Virus genome (UHGV): UHGV-0206080
Length of the DNA stretch: 33,640 nucleotides
Origin: a virus
Direction: 5' to 3' (one strand)
Shown: piece by piece, positions 27,304 to 33,640 of the stretch
Layout of the letters: every line of letters starts with the position of its first letter
Numbering within the stretch: position 1 is the stretch's first letter
Program-made: the position numbers and the translations under genes
Notes under the pieces: generated by a model
Database searches by the model: none
What the model was told of the DNA's origin: nothing
Seen by the model: only the letters and a program-made list of their open reading frames with translations

Positions 27304-28315
27304 AAAGGTGAAAACCGGCAGTTCATCCAGTAAGTCTGTATTGACCTGGCTTGCTGATATGTGCGGTGCCGATTTGTGTGCATACCCGTCTGTATCTGCA
27401 CTGGCAGAAGTAACGGAACTAAACAAAAAGACTGTGCAGGACAGCTTACGACACCTGATGGAGATTGGGTTAATTGTTGATACCGGTGAGAGAAAAGGCA
27501 GAACAAAGCAAATTGTGGTGTACCGACTTATCGGTGTAGAAGAAAGTGTTGCCGAGCCTGAATACACCCAAAAACGGGAGTCTTTAAAGGTGGGTAAAAT
27601 TGGTGCTGTTAATAAAAACAGTACCGAAAATGGTTATGTTTCAGCACAAAACAGACCCAAAAACGGAACTCTTAGCTGCATGGAAAATAACCAAAGACAC
27701 CCAAATTTTCCATCAAAGACACCCAAAAACGGATCACGGAACCCAAAGGAACCCAAAGATCTAAACCCCACACATAACGCACGCGAGAGTGCTCCGACCA
27801 GTGAGCAGGAAGTTTTGTCGTTACAGGCAGCACCCCTTGTATTCCTGGATGGCCTGAGCGAACCCATCGGAAAATTTCCGATGACCGATAGCTGGTATCC
27901 GTCACGGGATTTTCGACGACGGGCTGCGTTGTGGGGGATGGCTTTGCCGGAGACAGAATTTACACCTGCTGAACTTGCCGCCTTCCGGGACTACTGGGCA
28001 GCGGAGGGGAAAGTGTTTACGCAGATTCAGTGGGAGCAGAAATTCGCCCGTCACGTAAATCACGTCAGGGCGCAGGTTAAACCAGTCAGCAAGGGGGTAA
28101 ACCATGCAGCAGCACCAGGTGGCACCGCATCACGGGCAGTTCAGGAAATTCGGGCAGCACGTGAGCAGTGGGAACGTGAAAACGGATTTATCAGCGACGG
28201 AAACGGTCTGGAAGCTGTGGGAACTCATGGGGGAGGTTTATTCGAACCGCTGGACCCAGAAGAACGGGGCCGCACCTTCGAAGCTCTGGATTGCACAGAT
28301 TGGCGCGATGACTGA
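27275..28315 (+). CDS. Replication initiation protein (N-terminal winged HTH, C-terminal DnaT-like region)
   Basis: ATG 27275 with AGGGG RBS; N-terminus MSIDALRWAKKV...ALAEVTELNKKTVQDSLRHLMEIGLI; ORF 27200..28315. Confidence 0.65.
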   Translation: MSIDALRWAKKVKTGSSSSKSVLTWLADMCGADLCAYPSVSALAEVTELNKKTVQDSLRHLMEIGLIVDTGERKGRTKQIVVYRLIGVEESVAEPEYTQKRESLKVGKIGAVNKNSTENGYVSAQNRPKNGTLSCMENNQRHPNFPSKTPKNGSRNPKEPKDLNPTHNARESAPTSEQEVLSLQAAPLVFLDGLSEPIGKFPMTDSWYPSRDFRRRAALWGMALPETEFTPAELAAFRDYWAAEGKVFTQIQWEQKFARHVNHVRAQVKPVSKGVNHAAAPGGTASRAVQEIRAAREQWERENGFISDGNGLEAVGTHGGGLFEPLDPEERGRTFEALDCTDWRDD

Positions 28316-28769
28316 GCAGCAAATCCGACAGGTCTGCCGCCAGTGCATGGACCGCTGCCGGGCGGGTGAAACATGGCCTCCGGACCTGGCTGAGTTTGTG
28401 GCGCTGATTTCAGAAAGCGGGGCCAATCCATTTGGCCTGACGGTGGATGCTGTGATGGAGGAGTACCGCCGCTGGCGTGATGAGTCCTGGCGATATGACG
28501 GAAGCGACAAATATCCGTGGCCTCAGCCTGTGCTGTACCACATCTGCCTCGAAATGCGTACCAGAGGGATTGAGCGCCAGATGACGCAGGGTGAGTTAAA
28601 ACGACTTGCGGAACGGCAACTGACGAAATGGGCAAAGCATGTTGGTAACGGGATGAGTGTTCCGCCAGTGCGACGACAACTGGAAGGGGCGAAACACCCG
28701 CAAGGGCCAACGCCAATTGAACGGCTGAAACAGGAATACGAACGCCGGAAGGCAGCTGGTTTTATTTGA
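28104..28769 (+). CDS. Replication protein P-like (helicase loader); start uncertain (28104, 28227 or 28308)
   Basis: C-terminal region KYPWPQPVLYHICLEMRTRGIERQMTQGELKRLAERQL resembles recalled lambda P (SYPWKSNAHYWLV...LTDAELRRKAADEL). Confidence 0.6.
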   Translation: MQQHQVAPHHGQFRKFGQHVSSGNVKTDLSATETVWKLWELMGEVYSNRWTQKNGAAPSKLWIAQIGAMTEQQIRQVCRQCMDRCRAGETWPPDLAEFVALISESGANPFGLTVDAVMEEYRRWRDESWRYDGSDKYPWPQPVLYHICLEMRTRGIERQMTQGELKRLAERQLTKWAKHVGNGMSVPPVRRQLEGAKHPQGPTPIERLKQEYERRKAAGFI

Positions 28770-28802
28770 ATCTGAGAAACGATTTTGTCGGAGGAAATTT
28801 TA

Positions 28803-29573
28803 ATGGAAACCGTATTTGACGCACTGAAAGCAATGGGAAAAGCCACATCGGTAGAACTGGCCGCGCGACTTGATATCAGTCGTGAAGAGGTTCTCAACGA
28901 GCTGTGGGAACTCAAAAGAAATGACGTCGTTGATAAAACTGGTCACACCTGGTTTCTGGCTGGCGAAGGTGAATCCCGGGTAACCGAAGAGCGGCCAGTA
29001 AAATCTGAAGCACAGGATATGCTGACCGGAGAGGTCGAACAAAAAGTTACCGCAGACATGATGATTGAGTTTATCGGTCAGGATGGTGCTAAAACGTGTG
29101 AGGAACTGGCGGGTAAGTTCGGCGTCAGTACTCGCAAGGTTGCCTCCACGCTGGCGGTGGTAACCGCAACGGGGCGGCTGGCACGAGTTAATCAGAACGG
29201 TAAATTTCGTTACTGCATGCCGGGCGATAATTTACCAGCAGAGCCGAAAGCCGCGCTGGTAACGGAAAGTGATGGTAAGGCCTTTCCTCAGCCAGCAGGT
29301 GCTGCGTTACCAGTCCGGGAAGCCGCAACACAGGAAGAAATTAAAACAGAAACTGTGGCGGACATTGTGCAGCCGTTGCCATCGTTTACCGAAACGCAAG
29401 CAGATGAGCTGATTTTTCCGTCCCTTCGCAGGGCAAACCTGGCGCTGCGCAGGGCGAAAAGTGATGTTCAGAAGTGGGAGCGAGTCTGCGCCGCGCTGCG
29501 GGAGCTGAACAAGCACCGGGATATTGTTCGACAGATTACTGATTCTTCCCGCCGTGTTGTATCGGAAAAGTGA
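28803..29573 (+). CDS. Hypothetical protein (DUF1627-like, winged-helix-like N-terminus)
   Basis: ATG 28803 with GGAGG SD 8 nt upstream; 256 aa. Confidence 0.5.
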   Translation: METVFDALKAMGKATSVELAARLDISREEVLNELWELKRNDVVDKTGHTWFLAGEGESRVTEERPVKSEAQDMLTGEVEQKVTADMMIEFIGQDGAKTCEELAGKFGVSTRKVASTLAVVTATGRLARVNQNGKFRYCMPGDNLPAEPKAALVTESDGKAFPQPAGAALPVREAATQEEIKTETVADIVQPLPSFTETQADELIFPSLRRANLALRRAKSDVQKWERVCAALRELNKHRDIVRQITDSSRRVVSEK

Positions 29574-29588
29574 TTGCCGGAGGCGCTT

Positions 29589-29981
29589 ATGGCAAAAGTA
29601 TTTACACCAGAAGAGCGGGAAGAAGTGAAGGCGCGCATTGTGGAATTCGTGCGCCTGAGCGGACGAGAAACTTTTCGACAACTGGCAGATAAAACGGGTG
29701 TCAGTAAGACCGCTATTCGTCGTTTATCTGGTGCGCTTGCGGCCAGTGGTGATGTCTGGCTCTCTGGTTGCGGGGTATTTCCATCAGAGCAGGCGTATCG
29801 CGTATGGCGTAAGACACCGGAGAAGGCTGCTGACCCGACACTGATTCGAAAGTTACCTGACGGAGAAATACGTCGTTACAACAGACGGCAGAACATAATT
29901 TGTCGTGAGTGCCGCCAGAGCGAAGTTATGCAGCGTGTGCTGGCGTTCTATCGGGGAAACTTTCAGGAGGTGATGGAGTGA
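29589..29981 (+). CDS. Hypothetical protein (130 aa)
   Basis: ATG 29589 with GGAGG SD; ORF 29574..29981. Confidence 0.5.
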   Translation: MAKVFTPEEREEVKARIVEFVRLSGRETFRQLADKTGVSKTAIRRLSGALAASGDVWLSGCGVFPSEQAYRVWRKTPEKAADPTLIRKLPDGEIRRYNRRQNIICRECRQSEVMQRVLAFYRGNFQEVME

Positions 29982-30274
29982 GGGTCAGAGTTTATATTGC
30001 CGGTCCAATGACGGGATATGAAAATTTCAACCGTGAGGCGTTTCACAAGGCGGAAGAGGAACTGAAACGGGAAGGGCATACCGTCTTAAACCCGGCAGTA
30101 CTTCCGGACGGGCTGACACAGCCGCACTACATGGATATTTGCATGGCAATGATTCGTTGTGTGGATGCGATTTACATGCTGAATGGCTGGCAGCGGTCAG
30201 CGGGCGCTAAGGCAGAGCTGGCACTGGCGGAGAAACTGGGGCATGCAGTGATTTATCAGGAGGTGGCTCAATGA
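29978..30274 (+). CDS. DUF4406-like protein (nucleoside 2-deoxyribosyltransferase-like fold)
   Basis: GTG 29978 preceded by AGGAGG (29965-29970); N-terminus (M)RVRVYIAGPMTGYENFNREAF is typical of this fold. Confidence 0.55.
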   Translation: MRVRVYIAGPMTGYENFNREAFHKAEEELKREGHTVLNPAVLPDGLTQPHYMDICMAMIRCVDAIYMLNGWQRSAGAKAELALAEKLGHAVIYQEVAQ

Positions 30275-30732
30275 GAGAGGTTAACTATGAGGCGCTTCGT
30301 GAGGCAGCACAAAACTATCAGTCGACGCTGGCGTGGTATCAGGCTATCCCGGACAGCCCAAATGCTGAACGGGATTGTGATGCGGCTCTTGCTGCGTTTA
30401 AGCGTCACATCCGTCATCGGGAAGCGGATATTATCGCTGATTTGCTGGATGGACTGGAAGAAGCAAAATCACAACTCAAAGAGCAGCGTGAGTATTACGA
30501 AGGCGTTATCTCTGATGGGAGCAAGCGTATTGCTGAACTGGAAGCGCGGGAAGTTCAATTACCGACTCGCTACGACCTTCGATATGGACACCCGATAAAT
30601 GCAGATGAGCGACATGTCATGATACCTAAAGAAAATGGCAGTTGGCTTTACCTGATTGACCTAGAACACGCATTACGCGTCTCTGGCATTCGCATCAAAG
30701 GAGAGGAGCATGGAAATAAAACCAGAGGATGA
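30271..30732 (+). CDS. Hypothetical protein (153 aa)
   Basis: ATGA overlap with upstream gene; coiled-coil-like middle region. Confidence 0.5.
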   Translation: MREVNYEALREAAQNYQSTLAWYQAIPDSPNAERDCDAALAAFKRHIRHREADIIADLLDGLEEAKSQLKEQREYYEGVISDGSKRIAELEAREVQLPTRYDLRYGHPINADERHVMIPKENGSWLYLIDLEHALRVSGIRIKGEEHGNKTRG

Positions 30733-31066
30733 GTTAAGCAATATCGTTTTATTTCCGGTAAAAGAGGATGACCCTCGTAATCAGGTTAATTTTCTTTATG
30801 AGCCATCGGAAAGACCATATTGTCATCACGCCTCTGTCCGGGTTGACGAAAAAGAGCGTCAGGTCCGCTGTAAAATCTGCGGTGCAGTTGTGGAGCCATT
30901 TGACTGGATGCTCTCTGTGGCGAAAAGAGAAACCAGACTGGCAGATGATGTAAGGCACTTGCGCCAGGAGGAGCGGGAAAGGCGAAAAAATATAGAAAAG
31001 CTAATTCAGATTGAGCGTAACGCGAAAGCGCGGATACGCAGGGCGACAAAATCCAGAACTGAATAA
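30710..31066 (+). CDS. Hypothetical Cys-containing (zinc-ribbon-like) protein with basic coiled-coil C-terminus
   Basis: 118 aa; CHH...CKICG cysteine/histidine pattern; RQEERERRKNIEKLIQIERNAKARIRRA tail. Confidence 0.45.
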   Translation: MEIKPEDELSNIVLFPVKEDDPRNQVNFLYEPSERPYCHHASVRVDEKERQVRCKICGAVVEPFDWMLSVAKRETRLADDVRHLRQEERERRKNIEKLIQIERNAKARIRRATKSRTE

Positions 31067-31159
31067 TTAAATTTAGCTCTGTTAAAAATTTAATCCTTAA
31101 CCGGAGGGATTTCTGCACCCTCAGAACATCAGGAGGCCGCCCGAAAGGGCGGTAGTTAA

Positions 31160-31342
31160 ATGCGAAAGTTTAAAATAATTATTGAAACGGGAATAGCCGG
31201 TGGAGATTTCGAGGATGAATTCGAAGTGGATGATGATGCGACGCCTGATGAAATACATGACGAAGCAAAAGATATTTTCTTTAACTACTGCAATTACTCA
31301 TATCACGAAATAAAAGACGAAGAGGAAGAGCAAAATGGCTGA
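31160..31342 (+). CDS. Highly acidic small protein (60 aa)
   Basis: DFEDEFEVDDDATPDEIHDEAKD...KDEEEEQ; SD AGGAGG separated from the ATG by a GAAA-tetraloop hairpin. Confidence 0.45.
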   Translation: MRKFKIIIETGIAGGDFEDEFEVDDDATPDEIHDEAKDIFFNYCNYSYHEIKDEEEEQNG

Positions 31343-31511
31343 TTTTGGTTCAACTAAATACAACGTCAGTTTTGAAGCATGGCATGAACTGTTAATGGAC
31401 TATGCAGAGTTACGTGGTGGCAGTGCTGCTGATGCTGAAGCATGGCGTGATGATTATGAAGCAGGAAAAACTCCGGTCGAAGCATATTGTGATGAGTGGG
31501 GCGATGAATGA
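31335..31511 (+). CDS. Acidic, Trp-containing small protein (58 aa)
   Basis: ATG 31335 overlaps upstream gene; stop overlaps next ATG (ATGA); below ORF-track cutoff. Confidence 0.35.
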   Translation: MADFGSTKYNVSFEAWHELLMDYAELRGGSAADAEAWRDDYEAGKTPVEAYCDEWGDE

Positions 31512-32023
31512 GCGAGATTAATTATCAGGAAGGGCATGAAACGGCAGGGCAGGCAAAACCAGTTGCATGGCGATATCGCTACGTGAAAAAAGACGTTACA
31601 GACTTTCAGGGGAAGCCGTGGGCTGGTGACTGGAAATATGTACCGACAAAAGAGGATTGTAACGACAGGCCGAACTATGAAATTCAGGCCTTATTCATCG
31701 GCCCGCCAGTCCCGGTGACATCAGAAGGACTGGTTAAAGCCGTGCGCTTTTATGAACAGGTAAAGCGTGAGAATCCGCCAGTCGAAACAGGAGCATGGAA
31801 GGATGCTGTTGACTGGGTGCTCAGAGAGGCCTGCTGCGCTGCCATTCTGGGTAAAGCCGACAATCCACCAGCATCCGGCAATCAGGTTAGCGAATTAACA
31901 ATGTGGGTTAAACGACTGGTCAGTCAACTGAAAAAAGCTCAGCCGGACTGCAAATTACCGGAGAAGGCGATGGATTACCTGAAACGAAATGGACTGATAA
32001 GCGTGGAGGATGTTTTACGATGA
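31508..32023 (+). CDS. Hypothetical protein (171 aa)
   Basis: Translationally coupled to the two acidic genes. Confidence 0.5.
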   Translation: MSEINYQEGHETAGQAKPVAWRYRYVKKDVTDFQGKPWAGDWKYVPTKEDCNDRPNYEIQALFIGPPVPVTSEGLVKAVRFYEQVKRENPPVETGAWKDAVDWVLREACCAAILGKADNPPASGNQVSELTMWVKRLVSQLKKAQPDCKLPEKAMDYLKRNGLISVEDVLR

Positions 32024-32143
32024 ATATTTAGACTAAAGAGTTTGTAACGCTATGTAAGTGATTTTTTCTGGTTTAGATATTTATATGTCCGGCCAAATTG
32101 AGGTGTGTTTAAATGTTATTGCACATTGATTGTAGGGGGAATA

Positions 32144-32323
32144 ATGAAAAACGCATTGCAGTTTTTGTTTGTTGCGTTCTGGTTGTTCGCATCATGTATG
32201 CCCATCATCTTCACAGCAAGGTATATGGAAAAAATTGATGTTTTGATATTAATGTTTGGACATATAAATGCCCTTTTTTTAGGGGTGTTCATGGCGGTCA
32301 TGTGCATTGAATACTGGCGGTAA
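32144..32323 (+). CDS. Small membrane protein (59 aa, two hydrophobic segments)
   Basis: ATG 32144 after AGGGGGA; very AT-rich; ORF 32105..32323. Confidence 0.4.
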   Translation: MKNALQFLFVAFWLFASCMPIIFTARYMEKIDVLILMFGHINALFLGVFMAVMCIEYWR

Positions 32324-32580
32324 ATACAGCGAACACCATTGGTTTAGTTGGATATTTACTGTGCCGGACAAAAACGGTTTGCGGGGAAATCTTAGTTAAG
32401 TAGAATAACTGCGGGTGCTTGAGGCTATCTGTCTCAGGCATGAACACCAAAAGGCAGATAGAGAAAAGCCCCAGTTAACATTACGCGTCCTGCAAGACGC
32501 TTAACATTAATCTGAGGCCATATCTATGCGACACATAGAGATTAGCCTCTTACGGACCGAAAGGTCAAGGAGAAGCAGGC

Positions 32581-32737
32581 TATGAAGCAGCAAAAGGCGA
32601 TGTTAATCGCCCTGATCGTCATCTGTTTAACCGTCATAGTGACGGCACTGGTAACGAGGAAAGACCTCTGCGAGGTACGAATCCGAACCGGCCAGACGGA
32701 GGTCGCTGTCTTCACAGCTTACGAACCTGAGGAGTAA
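32581..32737 (+). pseudogene. hokD: hokD/relF-type Hok toxin gene, apparently frameshifted by a 1-bp insertion near 32700
   Basis: Residues 1-40 MKQQKAMLIALIVICLTVIVTALVTRKDLCEVRIRTGQTE match recalled HokD; after GAGGG at 32698-32702 the conserved tail VAVFTAYEPEE is encoded in the +1 frame; in-frame product ends GRCLHSLRT at 32730. Confidence 0.65.
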
Positions 32738-32744
32738 GAGACCC

Positions 32745-32766
32745 GGCGAGGGAGAAATCCCTCGCC
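32745..32766 (+). promoter_or_regulatory. 8-bp stem hairpin just downstream of hok (possible fbi-like 3' element)
   Basis: GGCGAGGG-AGAAAT-CCCTCGCC. Confidence 0.4.
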
Positions 32767-32806
32767 ACCTCTGATGTGGCAGGCATTCTCAACGCACCCG
32801 CACTTA

Positions 32807-32830
32807 ACCCGCTTCGGCGGGTTTTTGTTT
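32807..32830 (+). terminator. Rho-independent terminator after the hok locus
   Basis: ACCCGC-TTCG-GCGGGT followed by TTTTTGTTTTT. Confidence 0.7.
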
Positions 32831-32953
32831 TTATTTTCAACGCATTTGAAGTTCTGGACGGTGCCGGAATAGAATCAAAAATACTTAAGTAGCGCGCAGG
32901 GATAAGAGGGATGGTCCCTTAAAGGGGAGAGCTAATTATCCGGAAGGATTCTG

Positions 32954-33205
32954 ATGATGAACATCGAAGAACTGCGTAAAATTTTTTGTGAAGATGGCCT
33001 CTATGCTGTGTGCGTTGAAAATGGAAATATTGTTAGTCATTACCGCATTGTGTGTTTGCATAAAAATGGGGCTGCGTTAATTAATTTTGTGGATGCCCGA
33101 GTGACGGACGGATTTATCTTGCGCGACGGTGAGTTTGTCACTTCATTACAGGTATTGAAAGAGATCGGAATAAAAGCTGGCTTTTCTGCTTTTTCAGAAG
33201 AATAA
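32954..33205 (+). CDS. Hypothetical protein (83 aa)
   Basis: GGAAGGA SD before ATG. Confidence 0.45.
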   Translation: MMNIEELRKIFCEDGLYAVCVENGNIVSHYRIVCLHKNGAALINFVDARVTDGFILRDGEFVTSLQVLKEIGIKAGFSAFSEE

Positions 33206-33271
33206 ACTCATCTACAATCTTGCGCGGGGCTGAACTCCCGCTGAGTAACACCGTGCCACCGGAGAAAACCG

Positions 33272-33550
33272 ATGGCACGCAACGCAAAATATTACAAACA
33301 TGATAATTCGACCGTTCTTGCCCACACGCACGAGCGGTATTCTCACGCATTTAAGTCAGACTGGTACCAGCATCCCCCATGCACTGAAGAACAGGCCGAA
33401 TGGCTCATTCAGTGTTACCGCAGGCGCGGATGCGAGGTTAAAAAAGCCCTTAGCCTCGACTACCGTCACTGGATAATCTCCGTCAGGCTGCCTTACTCCG
33501 AACGCCCACCGCGTCTGTCCCGCACATTCCAGCAACGCATCTGGAGGTAA
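33272..33550 (+). CDS. Hypothetical protein (92 aa), basic, Cys/His-containing
   Basis: ORF with stop overlapping the SD region of a downstream ORF. Confidence 0.45.
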   Translation: MARNAKYYKHDNSTVLAHTHERYSHAFKSDWYQHPPCTEEQAEWLIQCYRRRGCEVKKALSLDYRHWIISVRLPYSERPPRLSRTFQQRIWR

Positions 33551-33551
33551 C

Positions 33552-33640
33552 GTGCGGGTAGTACTTCGACCTGTTCTGGTACCGGCACTCGGGCTGGTGA
33601 TCCTTAAGCCGGGCCGTGAATCCATGCCGGTCTTCCACAA
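33552..33640 (+). CDS. Partial CDS running off window end (hydrophobic N-terminus VRVVLRPVLVPALGLVILKPG)
   Basis: GTG at 33552 after GGAGG (spacing 3 nt); open to the end of the window. Confidence 0.25.
   Translation, partial: MRVVLRPVLVPALGLVILKPGRESMPVFH

Larger units (their letters stand above)
1..33640. mobile_element. Temperate phage genome (HK97-like head, Mu/SfV-like myovirus tail, DicA/DicC-type immunity), arranged terminase-to-early-region with internal attP
   Basis: Contiguous, co-oriented structural module, internal att-int-xis, divergent repressor/cro pair, replication and nin-like genes; alternating GC-rich core genes and AT-rich inserts. Confidence 0.85.

Noticed and set aside
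32330-32580. relBE genes upstream of hokD, as in Qin
   Set aside because: No ORFs resembling RelB or RelE are present; the upstream region is a structured leader only.
32525-32584. The 19-codon mini-ORF as a mok homolog
   Set aside because: Canonical mok overlaps most of hok in another frame; this mini-ORF ends at the hok start, so the assignment is unsupported. It is kept only as a possible leader peptide.
33356-33640. Minus-strand 94-aa ORF at the window end
   Set aside because: It overlaps two plus-strand ORFs that have RBS and operon context; Gly/Arg/Thr-rich antisense-type translation.

Overview
This window reads as an almost complete temperate enterobacterial phage genome in virion order, not as ordinary chromosome. 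All identifications are from reading the ORF translations and sequence by eye and from recalled family signatures; no database search was run. Layout: (1) an HK97-type head module at 105-6816 (P27-family small terminase, large terminase, portal, prohead protease, major capsid protein, connector proteins); (2) a Mu/SfV-like contractile tail and baseplate module at 6813-19725 (sheath, tube, chaperone with a predicted -1 frameshift, tape measure, DNA circulation protein, Mu P/gp45/gp46/gp47/gp48-like baseplate proteins, mosaic tail fibre), interrupted by an AT-rich secreted-protein moron at 11759-12247; (3) an internal attP carrying the 3' part of a tRNA-Ser gene (20454-20515) with arm-type repeats, next to a tyrosine integrase and an excisionase-like gene; (4) a leftward early operon with a RecE-like/DEDDh exonuclease and four small AT-rich accessory genes plus a 430-bp structured non-coding stretch; (5) a Qin-like DicA/DicC immunity switch (26056-26768); (6) replication genes (YdaT-like, HTH/DnaT-like initiator, lambda P-like loader); (7) a nin-like region of small genes including very acidic proteins and a hokD-type toxin gene that appears frameshifted. 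No rRNA, complete tRNA or CRISPR array was seen; the Q/lysis region is not in the window. The best candidates for an undescribed accessory system are the two-gene cassette just downstream of the repressor (25328-25971), the tail-cluster moron, and the acidic small-protein trio (31160-32023).
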